Positions 27,011 through 34,657 are shown, counted from the stretch's first letter. The stretch: 34,657 nucleotides of DNA from Patescibacteria group bacterium (GCA_029260955.1 JAJDCF010000014.1:1-34657); one strand, 5' to 3'. The notes: generated by a model from the letters alone, not told the origin. Translations and numbers: made by a program.

Positions 27011-27357
27011 TTTAAACCGTAGTAGTCGCTCTTCCGCCACGGCGGAGGAGAGGAAAGTCCGAGCACCCTAGAGCAAGGGTGGTCGCTAACGGCGACCGGC
27101 GTGTTGGTAACAGCGCGCAAGGGAAAGTGCCACAGAAACTATTTCTTTCGTTTCGACGGATAAGAATGAAAAGTCCGTGATAATTAGCACGGTCCCTCTA
27201 TCAGTGATGTTAGAGGGCGGCAAACCCCACCTGGTGCAAGGTATGCATGGGGGAATGGAATATGTAATGGCTCGTTATACCATTTCTGCTACCGCTTAGA
27301 TAGATGACTACTCGCCTGGCTTCGGCTAGGTGACAGAACTCGGCTTATGAGTTTAAA
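27011..27357 (+). ncRNA. rnpB: RNase P RNA (bacterial type A-like, apparently lacking P18)
   Basis: GAGGAAAGTCCGAGC (CR-I), AGTGCCACAGAAA, CGGCAAACCCC, GTGCAAGG, AGATAGATGA, ACAGAACTCGGCTTA (CR-V); P1 TTTAAAC/GTTTAAA. Confidence 0.95.
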
Positions 27358-27383
27358 TTTTTCACTGGCATTTACCTTTTTTT

Positions 27384-28805
27384 ATGAAGAGATCAAAGCT
27401 TTTCTTTGAAATCCTGCGCCTTCCTGTTGATTTTCTCGCCACTGTCGCGGCTTTTTTGGTCGCTTATCGGATTAGGCCAATTACAGACCTTATTCCGGGT
27501 GTTCAATTCCACTTTTTTCCCGAGCAACTACCGCCTTTTGACGAATTTTTTAAGTTCTCGATTGCGGCGACAATCTTTTTGATCATCCTGCTCATTTTCA
27601 ACGGGCTTTATTCCATTAAGTCGGTAGAGCGATTTGGTAAAACTTTTTTGCGAATCGTTTTTTTGGTATCGGCTTGGCTGATGTTCATTATTGCTTACTA
27701 CTTCCTGGTTGTTCACGAACTCTTCTTCTCGCGTATTGCCCTGGCTCACATTTGGCTTTTTGCCATCGTCTTTATCACTTTGGGGCGAGTGGTCATTCTT
27801 TTTATACAGGAAGCCATGTATCGCTTTGGAATCGGGCAGACTCGAGTACTTTTTGTTGGAGTAAATACCTTTGCAGATCGTTGCTATAGCGTGCTGGCTC
27901 AGGACAAGAAATATCATGTTATCGGTGCGCTTGCCGATGAACATCATTCTCGCAAGAAGGGGACACTTAAAATCGTTGGAACCGTTGATCAGATGGAGCC
28001 CATAGTGCACAAATATAAGGTGGATGAGATTATTCAGGCCGAACCAACCTTTGAAAGCGTTTCGAATGCCGACATTCTCTCCTTTTGCCGTTCGCACCAG
28101 ATTTATTACTACTTTATTCCCGAGGTGCTCAGGCTTCAGAGTGTGAACATCGAAATGGAGATGATCGATGATGTGCCGGTGATCAGCCTTAAGCAGACCC
28201 CGCTGGAGGGTTGGGGGCACGTTTATAAGCGGCTTTTTGACATTATTTTTAGTTTGATACTGATTCAAATACTGATTCCGATTTGGATCATCGTGCCGAT
28301 TCTTATTAAACTGGATTCACATGGTCCTGCCTTTTACCGAAGTAAGCGCAAACACAAAGATAGGGTTTTCGATATCTTCAAATTTCGCTCTATGATCATT
28401 AATGCTGATGCGAAGAAGGCAGAGCTTCTTCATCAGAACGAGCGAGAAGGACCGCTTTTCAAGATTAAAGATGACCCACGTGTGACAAAGCTTGGTCGCT
28501 TTCTTCGTAAAACCAGCATCGATGAGCTTCCTCAGTTATTTAATGTTCTACTTGGAACCATAAGTGTTGTTGGCCCAAGGCCCCACCTGCCCGAAGAAGT
28601 CGCTCAGTACAAAAAGGACTACCATAAAGTCTTTACCATCAAGCCGGGTCTCAGCGGACTTGCTCAGACCAGTGGGCGCTCTAATCTGGACTTTGAGGAT
28701 GAGGTAAAGCTTGATTTTTACTACATCGAAAACTGGTCCATGTGGCTGGACCTCAAAATAATACTAAAAAGCATCCTCGTCGTGTTTCGCGCTGACGGAC
28801 ATTAA
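27384..28805 (+). CDS. Polyprenyl-phosphate glycosylphosphotransferase (WcaJ/WbaP-type sugar transferase)
   Basis: Four N-terminal TMs, a CoA-binding-like domain, KRLFD, FKFRSM, DDPRVT, RKTSIDELPQL, VGPRP, KPGLSG. Confidence 0.93.
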   Translation: MKRSKLFFEILRLPVDFLATVAAFLVAYRIRPITDLIPGVQFHFFPEQLPPFDEFFKFSIAATIFLIILLIFNGLYSIKSVERFGKTFLRIVFLVSAWLMFIIAYYFLVVHELFFSRIALAHIWLFAIVFITLGRVVILFIQEAMYRFGIGQTRVLFVGVNTFADRCYSVLAQDKKYHVIGALADEHHSRKKGTLKIVGTVDQMEPIVHKYKVDEIIQAEPTFESVSNADILSFCRSHQIYYYFIPEVLRLQSVNIEMEMIDDVPVISLKQTPLEGWGHVYKRLFDIIFSLILIQILIPIWIIVPILIKLDSHGPAFYRSKRKHKDRVFDIFKFRSMIINADAKKAELLHQNEREGPLFKIKDDPRVTKLGRFLRKTSIDELPQLFNVLLGTISVVGPRPHLPEEVAQYKKDYHKVFTIKPGLSGLAQTSGRSNLDFEDEVKLDFYYIENWSMWLDLKIILKSILVVFRADGH

Positions 28806-28806
28806 A

Positions 28807-28989
28807 CTAGGAAGAGCTGTGCTTGATTTCACTACCACTGACGTGCGCAACATGCTTGTTGCATTTACCGCAGTACTTCTTGCTCTCTAATTTACCCGTG
28901 ATCGTCTTTTTGTTGATACGAGTTTTGTAGTTCTGCATTTTGCAGTCCTTACAAGAGAGGTAAACGTTGGTGTTCTTTCCGCGTGGCAT
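28807..28989 (-). CDS. rpmG: 50S ribosomal protein L33 (Zn-binding form)
   Basis: LSCKDCKMQNYKTRINKK...LESKKYCGKCNKHVAH. Confidence 0.92.
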   Translation of the reverse strand: MPRGKNTNVYLSCKDCKMQNYKTRINKKTITGKLESKKYCGKCNKHVAHVSGSEIKHSSS

Positions 28990-29049
28990 GTGAAATAGTG
29001 TTATCTTCTGAAATTAGCCCGCTAAGTGTAATGAAAGTGTGGTTTTTTG

Positions 29050-30516
29050 TCAAAACTTATTCCAGAGTACCTGATTCGTAACTTCGTGGTGATACCAAAC
29101 TTCACCTGCTTTGACGCGCGTGCCAAGCTCACGAGGGCAACGATCGGCTGATGCTTCCTTCAATCCTGCATATTTCTCGAGGTTCTCTTCTAGCATGACA
29201 TCCTTGATGAAGTCACTTTTTTTGAAGGCACGAATTGCCTGATCGATGTTGGCTGGCAATTTCTTCACAGGTTTGTCGTGAAGCTCAGCGTAGGCTTTCT
29301 TCTGTTTGGGTGAAGCCTTCATTCCTTTTAGTCCGGCTCTTAGAATTAAGTAAAACGTTAGGTAAGGGTTGGCATCCGGTGCCACAGTGCGAACTTCCAT
29401 GCGCGCTGATTTTTCGTTTCCGAATGGAATTCTAACCATGGCACTGCGATCAGAAGGGGATACCTTGATCTCATTTGGTGCCTCAAACTTAGGATCCAGG
29501 CGGCGATAGGCATTTACGCTGGAGTTTAGACCCAAGCAAATACCATTTGCGTAATACAGAACGCCTGTAACGAATTCGTGAGCGTCTTTTGAAATCATGT
29601 ATTTACCCTTCGCATCATAAAAAATGTTCTTTCCATTTTTAGATAGAGATAGGTTTACATGCATTCCTGAGCCATTTATGTTCATTTTAGGCTTTGGCAG
29701 GAAGCTTGCGGTCAGGCCAAAGTTCTTTGCGAGCTGGCGAGCGACCACCTTGTACAGCTGAACTTGGTCCGCGGCCTGAACGACTTCGGTGTATTTGTAG
29801 TTCATTTCAAACTGTGAAGGTGCAACCTCTGGATGATCCTTCTCGTTTTCGAAGCCTAGAGCTCTTGTAGCTTCTGCCAGACGATCGATGAATTGCCTAA
29901 GAGTGTCTTGAGGCAATGCGTTGAAGTAACCGCCCTTCGATGCTAATTCAAATCCCTCCTTTTCATCGTAGTTTTGTTCGGCATTTTCACTCTCCAAAAT
30001 GAAGCCCTCAATTTCTGGTGCCACGTTGACCAGAATCTTATCTTTTTTCATAAGTTCCTTTGCAAGTAGCATCAAATTGGAACGGTAGTCGCCAACATAT
30101 GGCTTTTTGTCCCTTCCTAGTACATTAGCGAAGACGATCACCTTTCCATGGCCAAAAATATCTGCCGGAAGCCAACGAAATGATGACCAATCAAGTTGAA
30201 GGAGTAGGTCGGAGCTATGCTGAGGAGTGAAGCCCTTAATGGATGAGCCATCGAAGGTAAGGTTGTCGTGCGCGCCGAGCATGAAGTTCTTGTTGTAGTC
30301 GAGCATATGAAATTTTCCTTCCATGTCCGAAAAACAAACGGTGATAGCCTTGATCGCTTTTTCTTTTTTTAGAATCTCCAGGAATTTTGTTTCGAAGTAT
30401 TTCTGAGGTTTTCCTGCATCGCGATCCTTTTTGATCGCTAAATTTCTATCTTCCAATTCTGAGTAACTAAGCTCAAGGAAGTTTGAACCATCTTTTAGCC
30501 TAGGAGTTGTAGTCAT
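29050..30516 (-). CDS. glnA: Glutamine synthetase (type I-like)
   Basis: FDGSSIKGF, PEIEGF, HPEVAPSQFE, FLPKP..NGSGMHVNLS, NAYRRL, DRSAMVRIP, RMEVRTVAPDANPY. Start set at ATG 30516 (MTTTPRL); stop is TGA. Confidence 0.93.
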   Translation of the reverse strand: MTTTPRLKDGSNFLELSYSELEDRNLAIKKDRDAGKPQKYFETKFLEILKKEKAIKAITVCFSDMEGKFHMLDYNKNFMLGAHDNLTFDGSSIKGFTPQHSSDLLLQLDWSSFRWLPADIFGHGKVIVFANVLGRDKKPYVGDYRSNLMLLAKELMKKDKILVNVAPEIEGFILESENAEQNYDEKEGFELASKGGYFNALPQDTLRQFIDRLAEATRALGFENEKDHPEVAPSQFEMNYKYTEVVQAADQVQLYKVVARQLAKNFGLTASFLPKPKMNINGSGMHVNLSLSKNGKNIFYDAKGKYMISKDAHEFVTGVLYYANGICLGLNSSVNAYRRLDPKFEAPNEIKVSPSDRSAMVRIPFGNEKSARMEVRTVAPDANPYLTFYLILRAGLKGMKASPKQKKAYAELHDKPVKKLPANIDQAIRAFKKSDFIKDVMLEENLEKYAGLKEASADRCPRELGTRVKAGEVWYHHEVTNQVLWNKF

Positions 30517-30603
30517 ATTTGATTTTGTTAGTGGAGCTAAATACATAGCTATCATTCTTTTTTTGAGCGCGTCTGACAAGTTTTTTCTAGGCAGAATATT
30601 TTG

Positions 30604-30676
30604 TGTCCGAAAAATCGGCAGGTCTTGTTTTCGCTCTAAGGCCGTGATAATTTATGAACTGTCGGAATTTTCGACA
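30604..30676. promoter_or_regulatory. Two related 17-bp imperfect palindromes (candidate TrmB operators)
   Basis: TGTCCGAAAAATCGGCA (30604-30620) and TGTCGGAATTTTCGACA (30660-30676) in the glnA/trmB divergent spacer. Confidence 0.5.
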
Positions 30677-30706
30677 ACAACTTTAAATAGCACTAAATTT
30701 TGAATT

Positions 30707-31450
30707 ATGGTCTCGTATGAAGTTCTCTCAAAAAATGGATTCACAAAAAAGGAGGCACGAGTCTATTTGGCCTGTCTGGCTCTTGGCTCAAGTACTGTTT
30801 TAAAGATTAGCCGGAAAGCGGATGTATCTCGTGGTTCCTGCTATGACATTCTTGAAGACATGCTCGATAAGGGTTTTGTAAGTAAGCTTGATGAGGCGAA
30901 ACATGTCGTTTTTTCGGCGGTTGATCCCGATGCTCTACTTCGTCGGAGCGAGGATAATGTTAGGCAACTTGAACTTGCTCTTCCCGAGTTGAAGGGGCTT
31001 TTTCATAAGCATGCCAAACCTCGCGTTCGTTATTTTGAGGGATTGGAAGGAGTGAAGCGGGTATATATGGATACTCTTACCGCTACCACCGAGATTTTGA
31101 ATTACGCGAATTCCCGTGAAATCAGAATTCACTGGCCTGATTACGATGCCGAGTACGTGGCTAAGCGTTATAAAAAGAAGATATTTTTGAAGGGGATTGC
31201 ACCCGATGATGAGTATGGGCAGACTGTTCAGTGTGATGACCCAAAGTGTTTGCGAGAAACCAGACTTCTTTCGGCTAAAGACTTTAATTTTACGAATGAA
31301 ATCAGCATTTATGATAACAAGGTAGCCATTACCTCTTTTGAAAACGAAATGATTGGCATCTTAATCGAAAGTGATGCCATTGCCGATACACAGCGGGACA
31401 TCTTTAAAATGGCCTGGGGTTTTGCCCAGATGCAGAAGAAATTGTGTTAG
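30707..31450 (+). CDS. TrmB-family transcriptional regulator
   Basis: GFTKKEARVYLACL..G..T...ISRKADVSRGSCYDIL..M..KGFV HTH; KPRVRYFEGLEGV; IYDNKVAI; typical CPR TrmB. Confidence 0.9.
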   Translation: MVSYEVLSKNGFTKKEARVYLACLALGSSTVLKISRKADVSRGSCYDILEDMLDKGFVSKLDEAKHVVFSAVDPDALLRRSEDNVRQLELALPELKGLFHKHAKPRVRYFEGLEGVKRVYMDTLTATTEILNYANSREIRIHWPDYDAEYVAKRYKKKIFLKGIAPDDEYGQTVQCDDPKCLRETRLLSAKDFNFTNEISIYDNKVAITSFENEMIGILIESDAIADTQRDIFKMAWGFAQMQKKLC

Positions 31451-31458
31451 CGAAAGCA

Positions 31459-31478
31459 GCGGACACCGAAGTGCCCGC
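31459..31478 (-). terminator. cUUCGg hairpin ending the 172-aa orphan gene
   Basis: GCGGGCAC-UUCG-GUGUCCGC-UGCUUU between convergent genes. Confidence 0.65.
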
Positions 31479-31502
31479 CGCCGTTGCCCTGTTCCTTGCG
31501 CG

Positions 31503-32021
31503 TCAGCCGCTGGGGAAGACGTTACGACAAATCGTTGCGCTTGCCTCCTTCGCGATCTCAGCTCGCACGGCCTGCATGAATACCAGCAGTGCCTGAGCCT
31601 GCACCTTGATTGTGCGCTGGTTGATCGACTTGGTAGCGTGGTGGCGCAGGCTCTCAGATTGACCTTCGGTTGCTGCATGTAGGAGGGCAACCGTTGTGGG
31701 CACGCACTTGTGATCACGGAGGAATCTGCCAACAATTCTTTTTTGCAGATCTGCTTCACAGCACTCGTGAATTCCCTCGATCTGGTCGATGTGGAATGCT
31801 CCGATGCGTTGTAGTGCATTGCAGATGGCTTCGATGGCTTCCGGCTCATCTGGCCTGCATGCCAGCGCTGCCGCTGCGTGTTCGATGTGAAGGTAGCGTA
31901 GGTCCACTCTGAAGAGGTCTATGCCGAGACCAAGTTGGAGGATATCGATCAACTCCGTAGTGGCCTTTCCTTTGTAGTTATACTCACCGAGCGAGTTGTA
32001 CCTGTACTGTATGTCTGTCAT
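31503..32021 (-). CDS. GC-rich orphan protein (~172 aa)
   Basis: Start preferred at ATG 32021, which has GAGG upstream; the track start at 32108 lies inside the leader hairpin. Sampled lines are 47-62% GC. No recognisable motif. Confidence 0.6.
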   Translation of the reverse strand: MTDIQYRYNSLGEYNYKGKATTELIDILQLGLGIDLFRVDLRYLHIEHAAAALACRPDEPEAIEAICNALQRIGAFHIDQIEGIHECCEADLQKRIVGRFLRDHKCVPTTVALLHAATEGQSESLRHHATKSINQRTIKVQAQALLVFMQAVRAEIAKEASATICRNVFPSG

Positions 32022-32196
32022 TTTTAGACTAACCTCGTTCACGATGTCATACCCTGCTGTTAGCAAACAGGGCATCTGTGCCTGATTTTTGAATGGATTA
32101 TCCCTCAAATATCAATGACGTCAGATCACTGCTCGCTAGATTGAAATGCTAAAGATCAAAGGTTGGTATTAAACCATGCATGATTAAATAAGTCAA
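32022..32196 (-). promoter_or_regulatory. Promoter, boxA-like motif and long-hairpin 5' leader of the 172-aa gene
   Basis: TTGACT (32191-32196), 17 nt, TTTAAT (32168-32173); TGATCTTTAGCA at 32147-32158; 10-bp stem TAGCGAGCAG (32129-32138) / CTGTTTGCTA (32061-32070) closing nested helices. Confidence 0.5.
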
Positions 32197-32234
32197 TAGG
32201 CTTCCCATATTTTCGTTGCGAATCATTGATTAAT

Positions 32235-32310
32235 TGGAGCCACGACCCGGAATCGAACCGGGGACCTCACCCTTACCATGGGTGCGCTCTACCAACTGAG
32301 CTATCGCGGC
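32235..32310 (-). tRNA. tRNA-Thr(GGT)
   Basis: GCCGCGATAGCTCAGTTGG...CACCC-ATGGTAA-GGGTG...TCGTGGCTCCA; 76 nt. Confidence 0.95.
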
Positions 32311-32367
32311 TAACTATGATTTCTTCCTACTCTGCGCATCACGACGAGCGCGACGCAGATTCTAAAG

Positions 32368-32385
32368 CAACTGAGCTATCGCGGC
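32368..32385 (-). repeat. Upstream exact duplicate of the first 18 nt of tRNA-Thr(GGT)
   Basis: GCCGCGATAGCTCAGTTG identical to 32293-32310. Confidence 0.88.
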
Positions 32386-32426
32386 TTACACATCTTGCCG
32401 ACATAAATTACCTTAGGCCTTGTTTC

Positions 32427-32717
32427 TTAGTCAAGCTTAGAGATCATTTTTCCGATGATTTTGTTTTGACTGACTAGGCCAAAGCTGTCAGTGCTTTCTT
32501 CCGAGTTTGCTCCCCGTAGCCTTAGTCGACCGTCTGAAGTAATGAGTTCGATTCGTTTGACGATGATCAGGTCAGTTTGAATGGGATGTGTTGCTACCAC
32601 AATATCGCCAACTTTATATATGGGCATGGGTAACACGGAAATCCGGTCCCCATTGCAGAGAAGGGGATTCATGGAGTTGCCCGATACCATGTAAGTTGTT
32701 AGCTGGCTGTCATCCAT
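32427..32717 (-). CDS. sodX: Nickel-SOD maturation protease (S26/S24-like)
   Basis: VSGNSMNPLLCNGD, GDIVVATHP, IIVKRI, GAN...STDS.FG; overlaps the end of sodN. Confidence 0.9.
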   Translation of the reverse strand: MDDSQLTTYMVSGNSMNPLLCNGDRISVLPMPIYKVGDIVVATHPIQTDLIIVKRIELITSDGRLRLRGANSEESTDSFGLVSQNKIIGKMISKLD

Positions 32718-33139
32718 TCGACGTTGCGGTCTTTAGACTTCCAAAAGATTTCGTGAATATTCTTTACGGCTGCCATCAATTCCTCTGCGTGTGCCTGACT
32801 TACCTCTACTTTGCAGCTTGAGCAAAGTTTGGCTGCCTTCCAGAAAATGTCATGAAGTTCAGGGTTGGCTTCCAAATGTTTTGGCTTAAAATAGTCCGTC
32901 CACAGGATTAAAAGTTCATCTTTGCACTTTTGTGCCTGCTCTTCCTTTATTGCAACATATCGAGACAGAGTGTTTTGATAGGTCAGTATGGCAACTTGAT
33001 CGAGTGAGGTTGGCATTTTAAGTGCAATAAGCTTCTTGGTCATAGAAAGAACAGCTTCGGCATTAATACGTGCTGCGGCTGGATCGTAGACTCCACAAGG
33101 GCCATCACAGTGGGCGTGGGCGATTGGTTCTGAATTCAT
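32699..33139 (-). CDS. sodN: Nickel superoxide dismutase precursor
   Basis: Short leader MNSEPIAHA, then the Ni-hook HCDGPCGVYDP; ILWTDYFKP; IFWKSK. Confidence 0.96.
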   Translation of the reverse strand: MNSEPIAHAHCDGPCGVYDPAAARINAEAVLSMTKKLIALKMPTSLDQVAILTYQNTLSRYVAIKEEQAQKCKDELLILWTDYFKPKHLEANPELHDIFWKAAKLCSSCKVEVSQAHAEELMAAVKNIHEIFWKSKDRNVEWMTAS

Positions 33140-33234
33140 GGGATTTGTTTTAGATTATGTGAATTCAATTTAGCATCATCATGTGTCAACCGCAAATCCT
33201 TGATCAATGAACACAAATTTGGTTCAATGGTTTC

Positions 33235-33401
33235 AGAAACAAAAATAAAAACTCGAGCCTGCACGCTTAGCTCTGCGCATTAACTCGTTCGCCTTGCTGA
33301 AGGGATATGGTTTTACGTCTGGCATCCCCGGACCGGCCTCTCCCCCTTGAACGCATGGATTAAATAGCGCGGATCGAATGTCAGTATTGGGGTTTTTGTT
33401 T
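33235..33401 (+). ncRNA. Putative 6S RNA
   Basis: About 165-nt rod-like fold with closing stems, a central bubble and a CCUUGAAC..GG motif. Upstream TTGATC-17-TTCAAT. No ORF. Confidence 0.45.
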
Positions 33402-34005
33402 ATGCAAAAAAGCTTTTCACGCCGTAATAAAGACCAATCAAGAATATAATGAGTAATACTCTTTTTATCGTTTTACCTGTTTCGTAAGAATCTGGTGAGC
33501 CCATTTTTCTTGAGCTGACAGTTTGCGTACTGGTTATTTTTGAGGAGGCTGAGTGAGGTGTTTTGGCAACCTTAAACTGGGTTTGTTTGCTTCCGGATTG
33601 AACTTGTCCTTTATCGTTGACGAGTTTTCTGAGGATTCCCGGAAGTTGAGCAAGTTGTGTTACTTCAAGCTCTGTGGGCTTTAGCGTGCTATCACCTTCT
33701 CTTCCTGCAGTCGTTTTCGTATTCACGGTTACCCGTCCTGTTTGGCGATCCATCTTTATGTCCCACTCATTCTTTAGCTGAGACCAGTTTATGCCCTTTG
33801 GAAACTGCTTCACAATCTTGTTTATCTCTTTAAGTGAGGCACCTGTAGGGAGCTGCTTGGCGACGTTTTTGAGCACGGATTTGGCAACGGCTCCCATGAA
33901 TCCGAATACAAGAAAGAATATTACTATGGAAATAATTGGAAAAACCAAGTTAGGCATCATGTCCGAATCGAAGGGGATTGTTACGCCGTTAATCGTTATA
34001 TCCAT
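33400..34005 (-). CDS. Hypothetical protein with N- and C-terminal TM helices (~201 aa)
   Basis: Start reset to ATG 34005 (MDITING) because the track start lies inside tRNA-Ser. Confidence 0.75.
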   Translation of the reverse strand: MDITINGVTIPFDSDMMPNLVFPIISIVIFFLVFGFMGAVAKSVLKNVAKQLPTGASLKEINKIVKQFPKGINWSQLKNEWDIKMDRQTGRVTVNTKTTAGREGDSTLKPTELEVTQLAQLPGILRKLVNDKGQVQSGSKQTQFKVAKTPHSASSKITSTQTVSSRKMGSPDSYETGKTIKRVLLIIFLIGLYYGVKSFFA

Positions 34006-34025
34006 AGAAGCTAGAGGTAATGAGC

Positions 34026-34115
34026 TGGAGGAGAGAAAGGGATTCGAACCCTCGAGAGACTTGCGCCCCAACACGCGTTCCAGGCGTGCGCCTTAAACCA
34101 CTCGGCCACCTCTCC
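34026..34115 (-). tRNA. tRNA-Ser(GGA)
   Basis: GGAGAGGTGGCCGAGTGG...CACGC-CTGGAAC-GCGTG, long variable arm, ...TTCTCTCC-T-CCA; 90 nt. Confidence 0.93.
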
Positions 34116-34180
34116 TTGGTATAATAGAAAACCCCGCTTTACGGGGCCATTCTGAATGTAAATGATGAAGCCCTATTCGA

Positions 34181-34369
34181 TTAGGCTTTTGCGGAAGTTC
34201 TTAGGCATGCCATACAGATCTTCTTCTTTTCCATGTCACCTGTTTTGTTGTTGTAGACCTTTTTAGTGGTCAAATTAGGTAAAAAGCGACGTTTGGTACG
34301 ACGGACAGAGTGACTGACGTTGTGACCTGATTTAGGACCTTTGGAGCAAACTTGGCAAACTTTGGACAT
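34181..34369 (-). CDS. rpmB: 50S ribosomal protein L28 (Zn-binding form)
   Basis: [33 protein letters not shown]...ICMACLRT; start at ATG 34369. Confidence 0.95.
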   Translation of the reverse strand: MSKVCQVCSKGPKSGHNVSHSVRRTKRRFLPNLTTKKVYNNKTGDMEKKKICMACLRTSAKA

Positions 34370-34443
34370 GGCGTAATAAATGAGTATAGTAAGAAAGCTC
34401 ATGAAAGGTACCAACTAAAGCCTGTCCTTGTCAATTTATATTT

Positions 34444-34657
34444 ATGGAAATCCTTTATCTCGTCGTTGCCTTGGCCGTGTGCATTACGGTGCACGAAGCA
34501 GCCCATGCCTGGGTGGCTTATAAGCTTGGTGATCCCACCGCTAAAATGGAGGGTCGTGTTTCACTGAACCCTATGAAGCATTTGGATGTTCTTGGGACGA
34601 TCATGATTTTTATAGCCCATTTTGGTTGGGGAAAGCCTGTTCCGTTTAATTACAACA
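34444..34657 (+). CDS. Site-2 protease family (M50, YwhC-like), partial at window edge
   Basis: Manual translation MEILYLVVALAVCITVHEAAHAWVAYKLGDPTAKMEGRVSLNPMKHLDVLG...FGWGKPVP. Confidence 0.92.
   Translation, partial: MEILYLVVALAVCITVHEAAHAWVAYKLGDPTAKMEGRVSLNPMKHLDVLGTIMIFIAHFGWGKPVPFNYN

Noticed and set aside
29050-29052. Alternative genetic code 25 (TGA=Gly, as in Gracilibacteria/SR1)
   Set aside because: Long Gly-rich ORFs contain no in-frame TGA, and TGA falls at a plausible C-terminus of GlnA.
33208-33368. Decayed CDS between sodN and the 201-aa gene
   Set aside because: Only short stop-interrupted frames with no recognisable homology; extensive base-pairing favours a structured RNA.

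Overview
A 34.7-kb piece of a small-genome bacterial chromosome, most consistent with Patescibacteria (CPR), probably Peregrinibacteria-like. This is an inference from the VirB2/TrbC-like CPR pilin, surface proteins with G-x-W-x4-GW repeats, a TrmB regulator and rare Shine-Dalgarno sites. The standard code is used: TGA ends glnA and long Gly-rich ORFs have no in-frame TGA. Core content: rpsO-pnp, corA, priA, sufCBDSU, glnA with a divergent TrmB regulator, a WcaJ-like phosphoglycosyl transferase, rpmG, rpmB, sodN-sodX (nickel SOD), a partial M50 protease, seven tRNAs (Thr x3, Pro x2, Tyr, Ser) and RNase P RNA. Accessory content: a surface/envelope gene run (tandem PilC-N-like protein, Cys-repeat protein, 1153-aa secreted protein, degenerate Lgt) and a 1420-aa coiled-coil protein with HEXXH. 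The most unusual signals are non-coding. (i) Two unrelated GC-rich orphan genes share a cassette layout: TTGACTTA promoter, boxA-like motif, long-hairpin leader with shared motifs, and cUUCGg terminator; an ORF-less promoter-terminator unit sits next to one of them. (ii) Two different tRNA-Thr genes are each preceded by an 18-nt copy of their own 5' end plus a hairpin spacer. (iii) A probable unannotated 6S RNA. (iv) An rpsO with no canonical start codon. All calls were made by eye; no database searches or folding programs were run.
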